Shown piece by piece: positions 1-13,925 of a stretch of DNA of 64,000 bases (its first letter is position 1; every line of letters begins with the position of its first letter). This stretch comes from Eledone cirrhosa (Eukaryota): assembly GCA_964016885.1 (NCBI GenBank), contig OZ024742.1:214334001-214398000 (forward strand). Reading direction: 5' to 3'. The translations under genes and the position numbers were made by a program. The notes beneath the pieces are model-generated. The model worked only from the letters and a program-made list of their open reading frames with translations. It made no database searches and was not told the origin of the DNA.

Positions 1-519
1 TGATTTGTGGCTGACCTTTTTGTTTTTATATATATTTCTATTTTTATTATTTACATTTATTTCATTTTTTTTTTTTTTTTTCACAGTTAAGTTTTCTTTA
101 TTTCATCAAAACAAAAGATACAATGCTGGCCACCATCATTGCCAAAGTTTTAGAGAGAAGTAAAAGGAAGGGAGAGAGATAGAGAGAGACGGCAACATGC
201 GGTCTTTTCATTTTATCAGTTCCTTGTTTCGTTTCATTTAATTTACCTTCCCAATTATAATATAGACTAACATGATACTTCAGTGGTGTACAAACTCACA
301 GACCTGTCATGATTGATAATCAGCATATGTCGAATCTACATGTTTTATTACACAACACCTCTAATATCCATCAGAGACGATGTTAGACTTGGGCCAGTTA
401 CGACTGAGTGACTCGTAAATTCATACTACTAGAAATCTGGGTGATGACTCTCCTACTAACAAAAGTTAGTCTCAACAACTTTCTCTACATCCTTTTAGCA
501 CTTACACAAATTAAAACGT

Positions 520-800
520 GGTGGCGCGTGGCCTAGTGGAAGGGTTGATGGATTTATGATCATAATATCGTGGATTCGATTTCTTGGCTGGGTTGCGTGT
601 TGTGTTCTTGAGTAAAACGCTTCATTTCACGTCGCTCCTGTATTCTCAGCTGAAAGTGAGTACCAGAAAGAGATGGCGGTTTAACCTGCGATGGACTAGC
701 GTCCCGTCTAGGGGAAAGTCTTGCACTCACAGTTACTTCCTGCCAAGAAACCGGGATAAGCACCGGCGTAACGAGTCTTCTGGCTTAAGACCATTTTTAC
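520..800 (+). mobile_element. tRNA-derived SINE, family A (CORE-like middle domain)
   Basis: A box TGGCCTAGTGG, B box-like GGATTCGATTTC, then GTGTTGTGTTCTTGAGTAAAACGCTTCATTTCAC and ACCTGCGATGGACTAGCGTCCCGTC. A homologous reversed copy lies at 9487-9696. Confidence 0.8.
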
Positions 801-1974
801 AATTAGATAAACTAATACTAATAACATCTTGACAGGTTTTTATATATATGTCTGCCAGAATTTCCGTCACATGACATAGAGTGTTTAGTAGGAACGCACC
901 ATATGGTTATGAACTCACCAAAAATAAATAACTTTCGAAATACTTAATCTTGGTGTGTGCAAGTACGGACATCCTTTGCAATTCCTTTGCATTATGGGCG
1001 TAATTCTATCTCTGGCGGTATATTTTTTGCAATTGAATCCACAAATATTATTAGGAGAAACTAGAGAGTGGTTTTAACACCCAAGGAATAATATATAAGT
1101 AGGTTTAACTAGGGCTCACAAACCTTGTATATGTTGAGTAAATTTTGAAGTGGAGCTTAAGGGATGAATTGACAGCAGTCTCATCTCAGGTTTCAACGAT
1201 TCTACGAAGAGTAGATCCTATTACTATTCCGAATAAGAACGACTATTGTCAGCTCGGTGGATTGAGAGTTGAAATAGGCAATCACGATGAATCTCGAGAG
1301 TATTGAACATAGTGCATAGCAACGTCATTTCATATATATGTACGCATGCATATCCTTCAACATTTTCAGAAAATTCTACCTAAATACCGCCATTTGAAAA
1401 TCGGTGAGAACTCTCTACCCTATCGAATATTTTTTTAAATTATTCAGGGGCAATTTATCTGTGCATTGAAATACCTTTAATTTTATAGTTAAGTAACAAT
1501 CAAGCAATTACGCATGACATTTTGCTATCATCGAGCTTAGTGTAACAGAGAATTTCAATGAAAAACAGACAGGTATAGAGAAGGCTGAAACTGTCAAAGA
1601 TGAATAGATCGACACAAATAGACACGTTATAAGTTATTTGACACTGATTGATTATTTGTTCATATCCATCTGTATTGATATTTCGAAATAAATCAGACAT
1701 TCTTTACGCAATTTCCTTTAACTATATTTGGAAAGACAGCGATATCAAACCAAACAGACAAGTAGCAACGATGTAATTTGAATAACGGTTAATCTATGAG
1801 GCTGGCCAAATTTGATATAAGATTCTATCAAGAAGGTAAGACTTGCCGGCTGATATGTGCTGAGAATGATCTAAGAGTTAAGACTAGGTAAACAACATTT
1901 CAGAAAGAGAAAATCAGGAAAAAAACAGACATCAACACCTAAAATTAAATATCAAATAGTATAAGCATGCACAA

Positions 1975-2300
1975 GTACACACACAAACACACACACACAC
2001 ACAGACACACACACACACACACAAACCCACACACACGTGCACACACAAACACACACACGTGCACACACATACAGACTGACACAATCACACCCAAACCTAC
2101 AGTCGCACATATGTACACTGATATATATAACCAATGATATATCGTATATTCACATACGCATGACTGTATCTCGCTGAGTTTATACAAATCCGCACACATT
2201 CACCTCACACACATCCACACACATATGCACGCATACTCGCACTCGTACACACACAAACATACATACACACGCGCACACACAGAGACATACACACACACAC

Positions 2301-2376
<76 letters not shown>
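1975..2376. repeat. Compound (CA)n/(TA)n microsatellite; representative of dozens of similar tracts in the window
   Basis: Directly visible dinucleotide runs. Others include 3060-3338, 4012-4217, 5435-5537, 7438-7530, 27002-27280, 31100-31290, 48135-48310 and 54386-54595. Confidence 0.95.
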
Positions 2377-2379
<3 letters not shown>

Positions 2380-2865
2380 AGTGATATTTACATGCAATCA
2401 AGGGAGGGAGATAAAGCAGAAATATAAGAACTTCTGAGAGATTTAAAATTTTATATTTTTGATTTAAAGGCTCGAAATTGTGGGAGGAGTTCACGACGTA
2501 ATATATAGATTTGTTTCTTTAGATGTGATGTAGATGTAAGTAAAAATGTAAAACTATTAATTGAAAGGCGTACGCCGATAGAGATAAAGTGGAATCTATA
2601 CATATGCTAGAATACAACACCCACCAATCATACACGCAAATATATGTACGCACTCTGTACACATACAGACATTCACACATGCATATATGTGTTTATGTGT
2701 GTGCGCGCATGCGTATGGATATATTCATGTATATTTATATGCACGTAGTGTGTGTACGGTACAAAGATATATATATATATAGTAATATATGCATAACACC
2801 CCCCCACACACACACCACCACCACAGAGACTTATATATATATATATATTATGGATTATATACATG

Positions 2866-2913
<48 letters not shown>

Positions 2914-3076
2914 TGTGAGAAAAACCGCAGACCCTCCATCTCAACTCTACTTTTGAAAAGCAGAAGAACTCCGAAACCAGTAAAGGAACCAAATAAATGT
3001 ATATATTTTTTTTAAAAATAAGACTCCAATTGCATTTTCGATTTCATCTTTTTTTCTTTATATATATATATATGTA

Positions 3077-3131
<55 letters not shown>

Positions 3132-3222
3132 ACAGAGACACACATATATATATATATATATATATTTATATATTTACGTAAACATATTTTATATCAGTAT
3201 CCATATATATGTTTGTGCTTGC

Positions 3223-3336
<114 letters not shown>

Positions 3337-4010
3337 ATAATTGGAAATTTAGTAAAATCCAATCTCTGGCTGTTTGCAAGCAAATTCGGCCTACTTATAT
3401 GAAATGATGAGTTAGCAAAGCACTCGATAAGGTAGGTCCTTAGAGTAATAACATACGTTTAAATAGCTTGACAAATCGAACATTGTGGTAGGCAAAATCT
3501 AATACACAATAATATACCAAAGTAACGATAGAACTAACAGGTTGAGAAAAATACACCTGGACAAATCAAACGATTATACGTTTAAAGTGTTTCTTTGAAT
3601 CCGAAATAAAATATCAGACTTACGTGACTGGCAAGCTCGTGGTATTCATGATTGAACAGAAGATTCAGTTCTTCAACAGGTTTTCGTTCCACCTAGGACG
3701 CGGGTGATAGGCTAAATGTTGCCGCTAGATGCAGCGTATCGTATCTATAGCTGTCACGTGTTAATTCCAGCAAGGGAAATAACCCCTGGTTTTTGGTGGG
3801 TCATTCAAAGGAAATATTTTAATTACCGCTAATCATCATGATAAGCTCTCGAGTAGATGTTATAAAACAAACACAAATAATTAACAAATCAACTCAATTG
3901 TCTAATTAAATTAATTAGTTAATTATTAAATCTAGGAGAATAATATAATTGGAAATTTAGTAAAATCGAATCTCTGGCGGTTTGCAAGCAAATTCGGCCT
4001 AGTTATATGA

Positions 4011-4011
<1 letters not shown>
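3337..4011. repeat. Non-coding unit with 67-bp terminal direct repeats (3337-3403 / 3945-4011), flanked by TA tracts
   Basis: ATAATTGGAAATTTAGTAAAATC...GCAAGCAAATTCGGCCTA.TTATATGAA occurs twice, 608 bp apart. Confidence 0.8.
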
Positions 4012-4044
<33 letters not shown>

Positions 4045-4049
4045 TTGTG

Positions 4050-4112
<63 letters not shown>

Positions 4113-4135
4113 TGTGCGTGCGTGCGTGCGTGCGC

Positions 4136-4218
<83 letters not shown>

Positions 4219-4915
4219 GAATTATTGAATGAAGACGATGTAACTATCTATACAGATAATAAGTTTCAAAACAAGAATTTAGAGAATAATGTAATGTCTT
4301 GACTATACGTTATAGAAATCCGAGCTTATCAATGGAATACCGCGGAAATTATACTTCTGAACAGCACATAATAAATATTGAATCCAAAAAATTTACATTT
4401 TTGATAGATATGTGTTACACTAGGAAATTTGAATTTTGTATTTCATTAAATAGGATATTGTCAGATAGTGGAGTAGAATATTTTCTTTATATCACTGTAC
4501 AACAGACAGGAATTTTGCATGATTTCTTGTTTTTTTATCTACATATTTTTGTCTTTATCACTGTTACTTGTTTGCTTTGCTCTATATGACTTATAACTTC
4601 ATTAGTAGTGAAATATGTGTCTTCAGGATAATACACATTATAGTGACATATCATTTTATGTGATGTGTAGGTGTTTTACAATGAGAATCTGTCTGTTAAC
4701 TTACATTGATGGACAGAACATATAGAGGCTCCGTCCATGGCTCAAAATTTGGTGATACAATGTAATCCTGAGCTATTTTCGACAATACATTCAGAAAATA
4801 AAAGGCGCCGGATGTTTGATTAAAATAAAAAAGTACTATACAATTGGTCATTAATTTACAGAAATGCTAATTGTTATGTGGATTATTCTAAGGGTCAACG
4901 TTTACAGAATAACAT

Positions 4916-4951
<36 letters not shown>

Positions 4952-5068
4952 CGCACACGCACACACGCACACACACACACGCACACACGCACGCCCCCCC
5001 CCCATATATATATATAAAAAAGACGTGTAAGTCAGCAGAGTAAAATCAGCTTCGTTTATTTATATTCG

Positions 5069-5125
5069 CTGCTACATATATTTCAGTGATAGTCATTATT
5101 CAACAGCTACGACTTCATCAGGCAG
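5069..5125 (-). ncRNA. Putative minimal type I hammerhead ribozyme (partly decayed stem II)
   Basis: Minus strand reads CUGC-CUGAUGA-long imperfect stem II-GAAA-UAUAUG-UA-GCAG, followed by AAUAAA. Confidence 0.6.
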
Positions 5126-5432
5126 TAAGAACTTGAAGAGAAAAACAGGGAAAGATAATGTTGTAATAGATTGTACTTTGTTAATCCATTGATATGTTCA
5201 GATCCAGGGTGCTGTGTTAGTCCTCTAAGGAACTAAAAGCATATCATATGCTTTCCCTTCTGAGTGTATTGTTTGTCACAAGCGAGAAACAGACTGTCTG
5301 TCGGGCGCTCTCTGTTGTTTCTGCCGAGAATAAGTAAGTGACATATTCACTACTTTAAAACTCATAGCAAATGGTCTTCTAAATGTTTTTAATTAAACAT
5401 ATAGTATATTGACAAATATACTATACATACAT

Positions 5433-5530
<98 letters not shown>

Positions 5531-5539
5531 TATATATTT

Positions 5540-5770
5540 CAAGACCAAACTACAAACTACAAGTTTTTCCCATTGAAATATAATTTTCATTGAAATGTAT
5601 AGCCTTCATGTCGAACGCAATTGTCCATCCTTCTCCGTCATGCCTCCATGTACTCCTGGAAGGATTCTCCCGAGATTCTCTGCAACTGCATCGTCACGGC
5701 CCTCTTGATGCTTCCCACCGCCGGTAACCCGGTTGCCCTCGAAGATCTATGGCTCATCACCAGTGATGTT
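5540..5770 (-). pseudogene. Mariner transposase C-terminal remnant (internally deleted)
   Basis: Minus-strand translation gives ITGDEP*IFE (first catalytic D motif), then IKRAVTMQLQRISGESFQEYMEA*RRRMDNCVRHEG, a typical mariner C-terminus. Confidence 0.75.
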
Positions 5771-5995
5771 TATGGCAGTTCTTTCCTAAGGAGTCTAAAT
5801 TTATAGAAAAGGTTAAAATATTTTTAAAATGACAGAAAAACTTATGATCAAAAATAGCAAATTAAATTTTTTATTAGGCCTGAATATTTTAAAATTTATT
5901 AAAAATTCAAAATAAAGTTTAAACATTTTAAAATATGAAATTTTAATTAAAAAGTCATCCAAAATATTGATAATTGTCATAACATTGATGTCAAA

Positions 5996-6045
<50 letters not shown>

Positions 6046-6086
6046 ATATATATATACATACATATTCATATGTATATATACATACA

Positions 6087-6118
<32 letters not shown>

Positions 6119-6126
<8 letters not shown>

Positions 6127-6336
6127 ATACTTGGGGAGGGCCATGTTGCCAATAAGAAACACACGCACCAGTTGCTTTTACTTCAATTTATTATAATAAA
6201 TTTATAAATTTAGGAATTTTTAAATTTCCGGTTGGTTGGTTGGTACCAACCAACATTCTGTGACCTCTTCAGGTGACTGGGGATTCTTTTCTTTGTTTTT
6301 GTGCCTCTTCTCTGTTCTGTCCTACGCCATCTTGTT

Positions 6337-6340
<4 letters not shown>
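6119..6340 (-). mobile_element. Fragment of Naiad-like PLE pseudo-LTR
   Basis: Homologous to 58133-58460 and 39117-39430 (CATGTTGCCAATAAGAAACACAC...ACATTCTGTGAC.TCTTCAG..GACTGGG). Confidence 0.75.
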
Positions 6341-6381
<41 letters not shown>

Positions 6382-6384
<3 letters not shown>

Positions 6385-7436
6385 TTTATACATACACCAA
6401 TTAAACAAAGTCAGAGGTATATATGTGTTTAGACAACTTTTCACGTTGTGGCTCAATGAAGAATTAATAAATTAAACAATCAGAGCAAAATACTAGAGTA
6501 AAACATGTCCAGAGAATTATTTCTATTCCCAATCACCACAATTAACCACACACAAAAAATCTATTAGACCAGGCTATAAGAATAAAAGGCATCTATGAAG
6601 AAATAGTAAATAAATATACCATTTCGGCGTCTTCGCGCACAACCGCTATAGAATATTTACCCAACATTTCAACAGCACGTGGAAATTAATTAAATATACG
6701 GTCAACCATACATAATTAGGTAAAAATTAATGTTAGAAATGCTTATATACATACCAGGATTAAATCTCTAAATCCCGACCCTCAGGTTTCGCTCACTTTT
6801 GAGATACCTTATCAAGGAAATACTCGAGTGTTAGAGCTCTTCAGGGACAAACTCGCTAGGACATATTATTTTCCGAAGTGGCCCCCGCCAAACACGAATT
6901 CAAAATGGTTGAGAACTGTGACGTGGCAGTGGTCAAGTCAGGAAGGGTGTGATTGGTTGCTTACGGCGAGTGGGTTGGTTGCTAGAAAGTGCAGCCTAAT
7001 ATCGCCCAAATTTTATCTCAACCTTATGGGAGATTATTAAATATAAACATATTTACACATACACCAATTAAACAAAGTCAGAGGTATATATGCGTTTTGG
7101 CAACTTTTCACGTTGTGGCTCAATGAAGAATTAATAAATTAAACAATCAGAGCAAAATACAATCAGAGTAAAACATGTCCAGAGAATTATTTGATAATAT
7201 ATATACATCATCTCTATTCCCAATCAGCATAATTAACCACACAAAAAAAAATCAATTAGCCCAGGCTATAAGAATTAAAGGCATCTATGAAGAAATAGTA
7301 AATAAATATACCATTGCGGCATCTTCGCGCACAACCGCTATAGAATATTTACCCAACATTTCAACAGCACGCGGAAATTAATTAAGAGATGATGTATATA
7401 TATTATCAAATATTTCTCTGGACATGTTTTACTCTA

Positions 7437-7440
<4 letters not shown>
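6382..7440. repeat. Partial tandem unit: ~310-bp direct repeats (6382-6693 / 7049-7385) plus a short inverted terminal copy (7386-7440)
   Basis: CATACACCAATTAAACAAAGTCAGAGG...GGAAATTAATTAA is duplicated. 7386-7440 is the reverse complement of ~7165-7214. A hammerhead-like motif lies in the spacer. Confidence 0.85.
6773..6819 (-). ncRNA. Putative hammerhead ribozyme, U3-A8 core variant
   Basis: Minus strand reads UUCC-UUGAUAA-G(GUAU)CUCA AAAG UGAG C-GAAA-CCUGAGGG-UC-GGGA. Confidence 0.5.
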
Positions 7441-7535
<95 letters not shown>

Positions 7536-8619
7536 TAAATGCAACGAGTCATTTTAAGAATATTTATTTCCTTTACCCACTTCATCATTGCATTGACAAT
7601 ACAACAAACCAAATACGAATGAATAAGGAAAATATGTTTTTTCTTAAATATAGACCAGCATTAAGAATAGTTTAATATACGTTAATATGTTAACACCGTA
7701 ATATGTTGACCATCCACACACACACATATACCACACTTCTCCATATTCTAAAATAAAAGACCAGAGCTAAATATAGTTTAACATACGTGAATATTTTAAC
7801 ACCTTAACATGCTACCCATACGCTTCTCGCCCCCTCCCCCACACATAACACCCTTCTCCATTTCTACTAATGGAAAATTTTTTATTTATATTATCAAGAC
7901 GATAAACCACTTTGCTACACATACACACATGCACACAAATACAAAAAATACATTTCTCTTTTCTACCCTGCCACCAGCATCGCCACCAGCATCATTATCT
8001 ACAGAAACATTCAATTTATTTCAATAGAAAATCTGAATTTTGACACCTCAGCACATCAACCATACTGACTGAACCAGAACTATTTCCTCCCACTCCCATT
8101 TCTTGACCATTATCTTTTGTTTAGCCCAAAATGTTCCTTTTCTGGCACCTATATTATATGGCCAATCATGTGATGAACTGGCGCGAAATGTGATGTACTT
8201 AGTCACGTAACAGCTATCAACGAACCAAATTACACTTTAGAAAAAAAACAATTTGAGCCACATTTCTTAAGGCAAATACAATAACAGATTTGGAACACGA
8301 ACTGGCGCGAAATTTATTGTACTTATTCACGTGACAGTCATCAACCAACCAAATTACTTAAAGAAATTCGAGCCACTCTTTCCATATAAAACAGATAGAA
8401 CTTTCGTTCACAAAAAAGATGTGAGAAAAAACACAACGCATCATCTCAATTTTACTTTTGAAAAGTATAAGAACTGTGAAACCGGTAAAGGAAATAAATA
8501 AATATTTTTAAAAAGATTCCAGTTGCATTTTCGATTTCTTTTCCTTGTTCTTTCACCCTTGTAGGACATATGTTTTTTTTCCTTTTTTTTTTAAGTTAAA
8601 AAAGCCCTCATTTTCTTAC

Positions 8620-8797
8620 ATATCTGGTGATATTACATGACCTTCTCAATATTGCAGATATAATATCTGCATTTGAGAAGTTATGTTGCACAGAAACGTT
8701 ATCGTCCAGGAGTCGAAATTTTTACATCTATCTCTACCAGAGCACAGCCACCGTATCTGCCATTAACTAAATGTGTGCACTCTGTATGAGAGACTAA

Positions 8798-8833
<36 letters not shown>

Positions 8834-8965
8834 TAACAGATTGAAGTTTAAGCAAAGAATCGCTGCTTTCACTCTTAACCGGTTGTTCTATGGTTCTTAT
8901 ATATTTGATATTTATTTATCCTTATCGAGCCCTCTTTGTATTTTAGTCTTAACATTTATTATTAT

Positions 8966-9014
<49 letters not shown>

Positions 9015-9210
9015 TATATATTTATATAAATTAGTCTCTAATACAGAGTGCACACATTTAGTTAATGGCAGATACGGTGGGTGTGTTTTGGTAGAGATAG
9101 ATGTAAACATTTCAACTCCTGGATGATAAAGTTTCTGTTCAACTTAATTTCTCAAATGCAGATATTATATCTGCAATGTTCAGAAAGTCACGTAATATCA
9201 CTAGATATTT
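8620..9210. repeat. ~185-bp imperfect inverted repeat (8620-8805 / 9025-9210) around TA tracts and a rearranged HHR-family fragment
   Basis: ACCGTATCTGCCATTAACTAAATGTGTGCACTCTGTAT versus its reverse complement. The spacer 8830-8970 is homologous to 62650-62800, with its first part inverted. Confidence 0.85.
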
Positions 9211-9486
9211 ACGTAACCGGGCTATTACACGTCTTCAGCAGGCGGCCCAAGTCATAAGATAGCTTTATGCAGTGTGTGGTAGCCCTTACTATTGTATAAG
9301 TTATGCAGCAGTTCTTGCCATCCCCACAATCTGTCGCTAATGACAAAGAAGAAGAATCCTATCGAAGACTTAAATACGTGGTTTGGTAGTTGAATTCAAA
9401 CAAAGGAATTCATATATGATATATACATTAATGTATATATATATACACATGTACATACACACACATACTAAAAGTCTAAAGTCTCT

Positions 9487-9696
9487 ATTAAGCCAGAAGG
9501 CTCATTTGGCCGGTGCTTATCCCGGTTTCATGGCGTGAAGCGACTGAGAGTACAAGACTCCTCCTTGGACAGGACGCCAGTCCATCGCAGGGTTAAACCT
9601 CCAGCTATTAGTGGTACTCATTTTCAGCTGAGTATACTGGAGCAACGTGAAGTGAAGTGTTTTGCTCAAGAACACAACACGCAGCCCAGGAATCGA
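9487..9696 (-). mobile_element. SINE family A, 5'-truncated
   Basis: Reverse complement of the 520-800 element from the B box to the 3' end. Confidence 0.8.
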
Positions 9697-9854
9697 CAAC
9701 ACACACATACACAGACATATATATGTGTGAGTGTGCGAGATGGAAACTCATTACTGCCATTCTATACAACTAAGTTGGAATTTTTCTTTCACAAGGCATT
9801 ATATTGTTCTATTGGAAAAGGCAAAAAATATTTTCCATTATCCGTCTTCTCATT

Positions 9855-10550
9855 TTACAATAATGGTTCGAGTTATTGATGATATCTTGCTTAAAATTGG
9901 CATTGCATAAGAAAACCTCTTATTACTACTATCTCTTGCTGCCAGGTATATGACCAAAGCAGATGAAATAAGAAAAATCCTTTATCCCAATTGTTTTCAT
10001 GTGACATGCGCTGCTCTTTCATAATTGTACCCTAAGAGTCAAAGCTTTCTATGAAGATTTTGGCGGTCTCATTTAGACGATAAAAGCATCACACTAGAAC
10101 TGCTCTTTTCAAAGATATCAGATTCACCCCTGAACAAATAGTCACTCGATGGGGAAGATGGATCGAAGCAGCTGAATATTATGCCCTCCGTTCTTGAGAT
10201 AATTAGTGGAATCGATGAAGGAGAAATGTTTGTGAAAATAGCTAAACGTTGTGTCAAATCGCCAACAATAGAAACGAGTGTGACACACATAGTGTCATAC
10301 TAGGATTTAATAAAGAAATCGGAGAGTTCATAGTATTCAATTGAAAACGCATTTAAAAGTCTCACTGATTTAAATTTTGGCCAAGATCCTTGCCAAATAA
10401 AAATGTATCTGAGCTCTAGATTACCGGAAAACTATCTAGGATGACTTTGCCGAATGGAAAACTGGTCAATATCTCCCATGGACTACACTCTCTTGTTTAA
10501 GTGTCAACCTCTATTAGCTAGTAAAATACTAACAAAAGAATGTGAATGTT
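9855..10550 (+). pseudogene. hAT-like transposase remnant
   Basis: VIDDILLKIGIA*ENLLLLLSLAARYMTKADEIRKILYPN(frameshift)FHVTCA...HNC, then NFGQDPCQIKMYLSSRL. This resembles the SDAAxYM / CxAHxxHN segment of hAT-like transposases. Confidence 0.6.
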
Positions 10551-10742
10551 TCTAATGCAGCAATGTATAATATGTAAATAAATTTGATTTTGTCATTTAC
10601 TGTTTTTTTTTGTAATTAATAATACAAATCGTGAGCTAAAATTTATAATAACTTTAGGAATATATAAGGTATAACATTTTTAATGGCCTAAATAAGGTCT
10701 AAAATTTTAAACTTTTAAGGTCTAAAAAAATTTCCCTATCTA

Positions 10743-11312
10743 AAAATATTGCCCAGCTGGTCTGGTTCAGTTTCAACACGCTCATTGGTCCTGTCATACT
10801 TGCATGCGCTGCTCCTTCTGATCATTGTTCAGCAGCTTCGGCACCATCTTCGCATAGATCTTCCATGTGCCTAAATCTTCGGTGATAATCTTCCAAACAT
10901 TCTCGCTGTTCATACTCAGCTCACTTACAATCAGTTGAATAGTCAGGTGACGATCCCCACGCACCACCTGCTTCACACGTTCAGCGTTGGTCTCAGTCCT
11001 CTTCATAGAAGGTATTCCGCTATTAGGGTCGTCTTTCACCTTTTGTGCCACTCGAAAGCTAATGAAACGCTGTATCGTCTCCTTTCCGTACACTTGTTGC
11101 AGTATTACGAGTGTTTCTGAAGGAGCTTTCCCTCGCCGGACCAGAAACTGGAGGAGTCATTAACAAAAACACGTGAAACAATATACAATGGCTGCAGAAG
11201 AGGAGATCGCAGTTATATACTCTCCGGATATTACACCATCCGGTGATGCAACCCACTAATCCTTACTCCACTCACAACACACTAAGTCCTCTCATTTTTC
11301 TGACATACTTCA
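10743..11312 (-). pseudogene. Mariner transposon 5' half: TIR and N-terminal HTH region
   Basis: ORF 10794-11093 contains DDPNSGIPS...VVRGDRHLTIQLIVSELSM...KMVPKLL (WVPxxL-like) and continues to ETEPDQLGNI. A TIR-like end (TA)TGAAGTATGTCAGAAAAATGAGAGGACT lies at 11283-11312. Confidence 0.85.
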
Positions 11313-12334
11313 TATATATACCTTCATAAATGCATACACATAAAATACCCAAAGTCGCATGTGTGGATGTATGAAGTTATTTGTGAAAACATATTTTGAA
11401 TGATTTTTCTTAATGTTTGCTGGAAATGATGTATTATTGCGTCTGAAATCGTTTTGCAGCTTTGAATAATATACATAAAATTAGGTCTCGTTTTGTGTCT
11501 CATTTTGAATATCGTAACTTTGTTATTTTCTTGAAGCGCATCTAATTCAATGACCCATAGGTATTTCTTTGTATTTATCATTTGACATTTGAACGTTACA
11601 AATTACACTAGTGTATTACTTGTTCATATTTCGAAGTTTACTTAAGCCCACTGTTATTTCCATTCTTCTATTTGAAGGTTCTTTGATTGTATTTACAATG
11701 GCTTGAAGGTTGCTATGGTTATATTAGATACAGCCTATCTGATCGATTTCAGTTAAAGACATCCACCACTTTATTCAAGTTTGATATTTCATGAGAGGTA
11801 TATAAGTCTTGAGTGGTTAAATTGGTTCTTTAGTAAAACCTTGACATAGATGCAACAAAACATTTCATTAGACACCACTGGTAAGATTTAGGAGTATAAC
11901 TGTTTCATGTCTTTTAGACTTTTGGGGTGAATTATCCTTTACAGTGTACTAACGCTTAAACAATATTACATAAACGGAAATATATGTATTTACCATTGTC
12001 GTCCATGTCTTTGCACCTAAGTAGCCGATGCTTTGCAAAGCTGCACACCTGTACAAAGGGGTCATAAGCTATTCGATTATTGTATATTTTTTTTAAAATA
12101 GGACATGTTTAGCTCCCAATAAATACACGATGAACACTGCTACATCCGTAAATACTACAATAAACATTGGAAAAAGTTATTGCTTAGAAAATTAATTCAT
12201 ATGCGCTAATTATGTATAATATTAAAGTAATTTGAAAATATTTGTGTGATATATGTATGTATGTACGTACGTATGTGTATATGTATATATGTACGTATGT
12301 GTATATATGTATATACATATGTATGTATATGCGT

Positions 12335-12612
12335 GGGGACATAGAAATAATCGGGCTGGATACCCAATCGCTCGGTTAAACCACTGGGAGTGAAGGTCCC
12401 CTAAACTTTGTCTGGGCATACTTCTAGGAGAAGGCAACTCAGGAAACTGGTATAGATCCGACATAAAACCTGCGGCTGAGTAGGTACCGATGATGTTGAT
12501 ATTTTCTTCTTTTCGGGTAATAGGTACTATCGCTCAGAGAGTGGGATTGGTTCAGTGCACAGTCTTTCCTCACTTTTAAAAACATCTTCACGCACAGGCA
12601 TTGCACTCTAGC
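12335..12612 (+). mobile_element. Non-autonomous element related to RTE 5'UTR
   Basis: Contains GGAGAAGGCAACTC and GAGTGGGA...GTGC...CACT...TCTTCACGCACAGG. The latter matches the 5'UTR motif at 16295-16349 of the RTE LINE. Confidence 0.5.
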
Positions 12613-12778
12613 ATTAATTAATAATTAATAATGATGTTTCATCGTGCACTGGTTATACTCAATAACGAGGGGGCAGCCATCCTGTATGTATGTATGCATC
12701 TATGTATGTATGCAGGTATGTATGTATCTATGTATGTTTCTATCTCTATCCGTGTTTATGTGTCTTGCTCATTCACCT

Positions 12779-12825
<47 letters not shown>

Positions 12826-13212
12826 TGAATATAACTTAAAAGCTAATTTGACCATCTATATACTTGATTATCTGATGATTGACTCGAATCATCTGAATTA
12901 TCCGGATGCAACAACTGTGAGGAAGTCTATATTTCCAAAACAACTCACTAGTTTTAGCAATTTGTATAAAATTTAGTGAATTTATGTCATTATATTAATT
13001 TCATTACTTGTAAAGCTATGAAAATCTTAATGCATAAGAAAAAAAAAAAATGAAATGCAATTTCATAATATATATACAATCTGTAAGGTAGAGAAAACAG
13101 ATTTAGCGTTGGATATTTATTCTCGGATAATCGGAACAAATCGCATTTGTCCGAAGGTAGCAGATGAATAATTGAATATAAATCATTGAACAAATTTTGT
13201 CTTTCTCTTACC

Positions 13213-13398
13213 GTGGATTGGCACTATCGGTAGAGGGTCGGACGCCATGCTTTCAAGCATAGTTACGTCCCTTTAAGATCTGAGTTAAAATCCCGCCGAG
13301 GTTGACTTTGCCTTTCATCCTTACGGGGTCGATAAAATAAAGTACCAGTAATGCACTGGGTAATTGCTGGCCTTGTGCCTAAAGTAGAAACAAGTATT
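13213..13398 (+). mobile_element. SINE family C (Meta-domain-like)
   Basis: TGGCACTATCGG...GAGTTAAAATCCCGCCGAGGTTGACTTTGCCTTTCATCCTTACGGGGTCGATAAAATAAAGTACCAG. Six copies occur in the window. Confidence 0.85.
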
Positions 13399-13866
13399 TA
13401 TCATTAGTTATTGATATTTCCAACGCGAAATATTAACACCTACTTAACTAGTGCTCTCCATGTGTATGACGTCTCAAAGTAATTAACCGTGACGATTTGA
13501 GTTTTTACATATAACCTATTACATTAACTAAGTCTCGAAAAGAAAGTTGGAAGGAATATTGCACACAAAACGTGTGACTCAACTATAAATAACAATTTCA
13601 ACTCAAATAATAACTTCTAATTACATCAAACCATATACATTTATAAAACAAATTTACGTTTTTCTTTGCTTATACGATAATGTGTATTAACTTAAGTTTT
13701 GTCAGCCAAGTTTTGAAATACAAACGTTTCTTCTTGATTTGCACATATATTTTACCACCTTCTACAATGCATACGAAGAAAAAAAAATAATATACACTTT
13801 TGTAAAAATGACCCAAGTAAATATCAGCGTCTTCAAGAAGACGCGAATCTACATCGAACACTGATA

Positions 13867-13925
13867 TTAACTACTATCAGTAATATTTTACGGCTGAGCC
13901 GTAAAATATTACTGATAGTAGTTAA
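13867..13925. repeat. Perfect 29-bp-arm palindrome with 1-nt spacer
   Basis: TTAACTACTATCAGTAATATTTTACGGCT-G-AGCCGTAAAATATTACTGATAGTAGTTAA. Confidence 0.95.

Larger units (their letters stand above)
5771..10742 (+). mobile_element. Decayed hAT-like DNA transposon (with nested repeats) inserted into the mariner
   Basis: Lies exactly between two contiguous mariner halves. It has AT-rich subterminal GGCCT/GTCTAAA motifs at both ends and a transposase remnant at 9855-10550. Confidence 0.5.
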
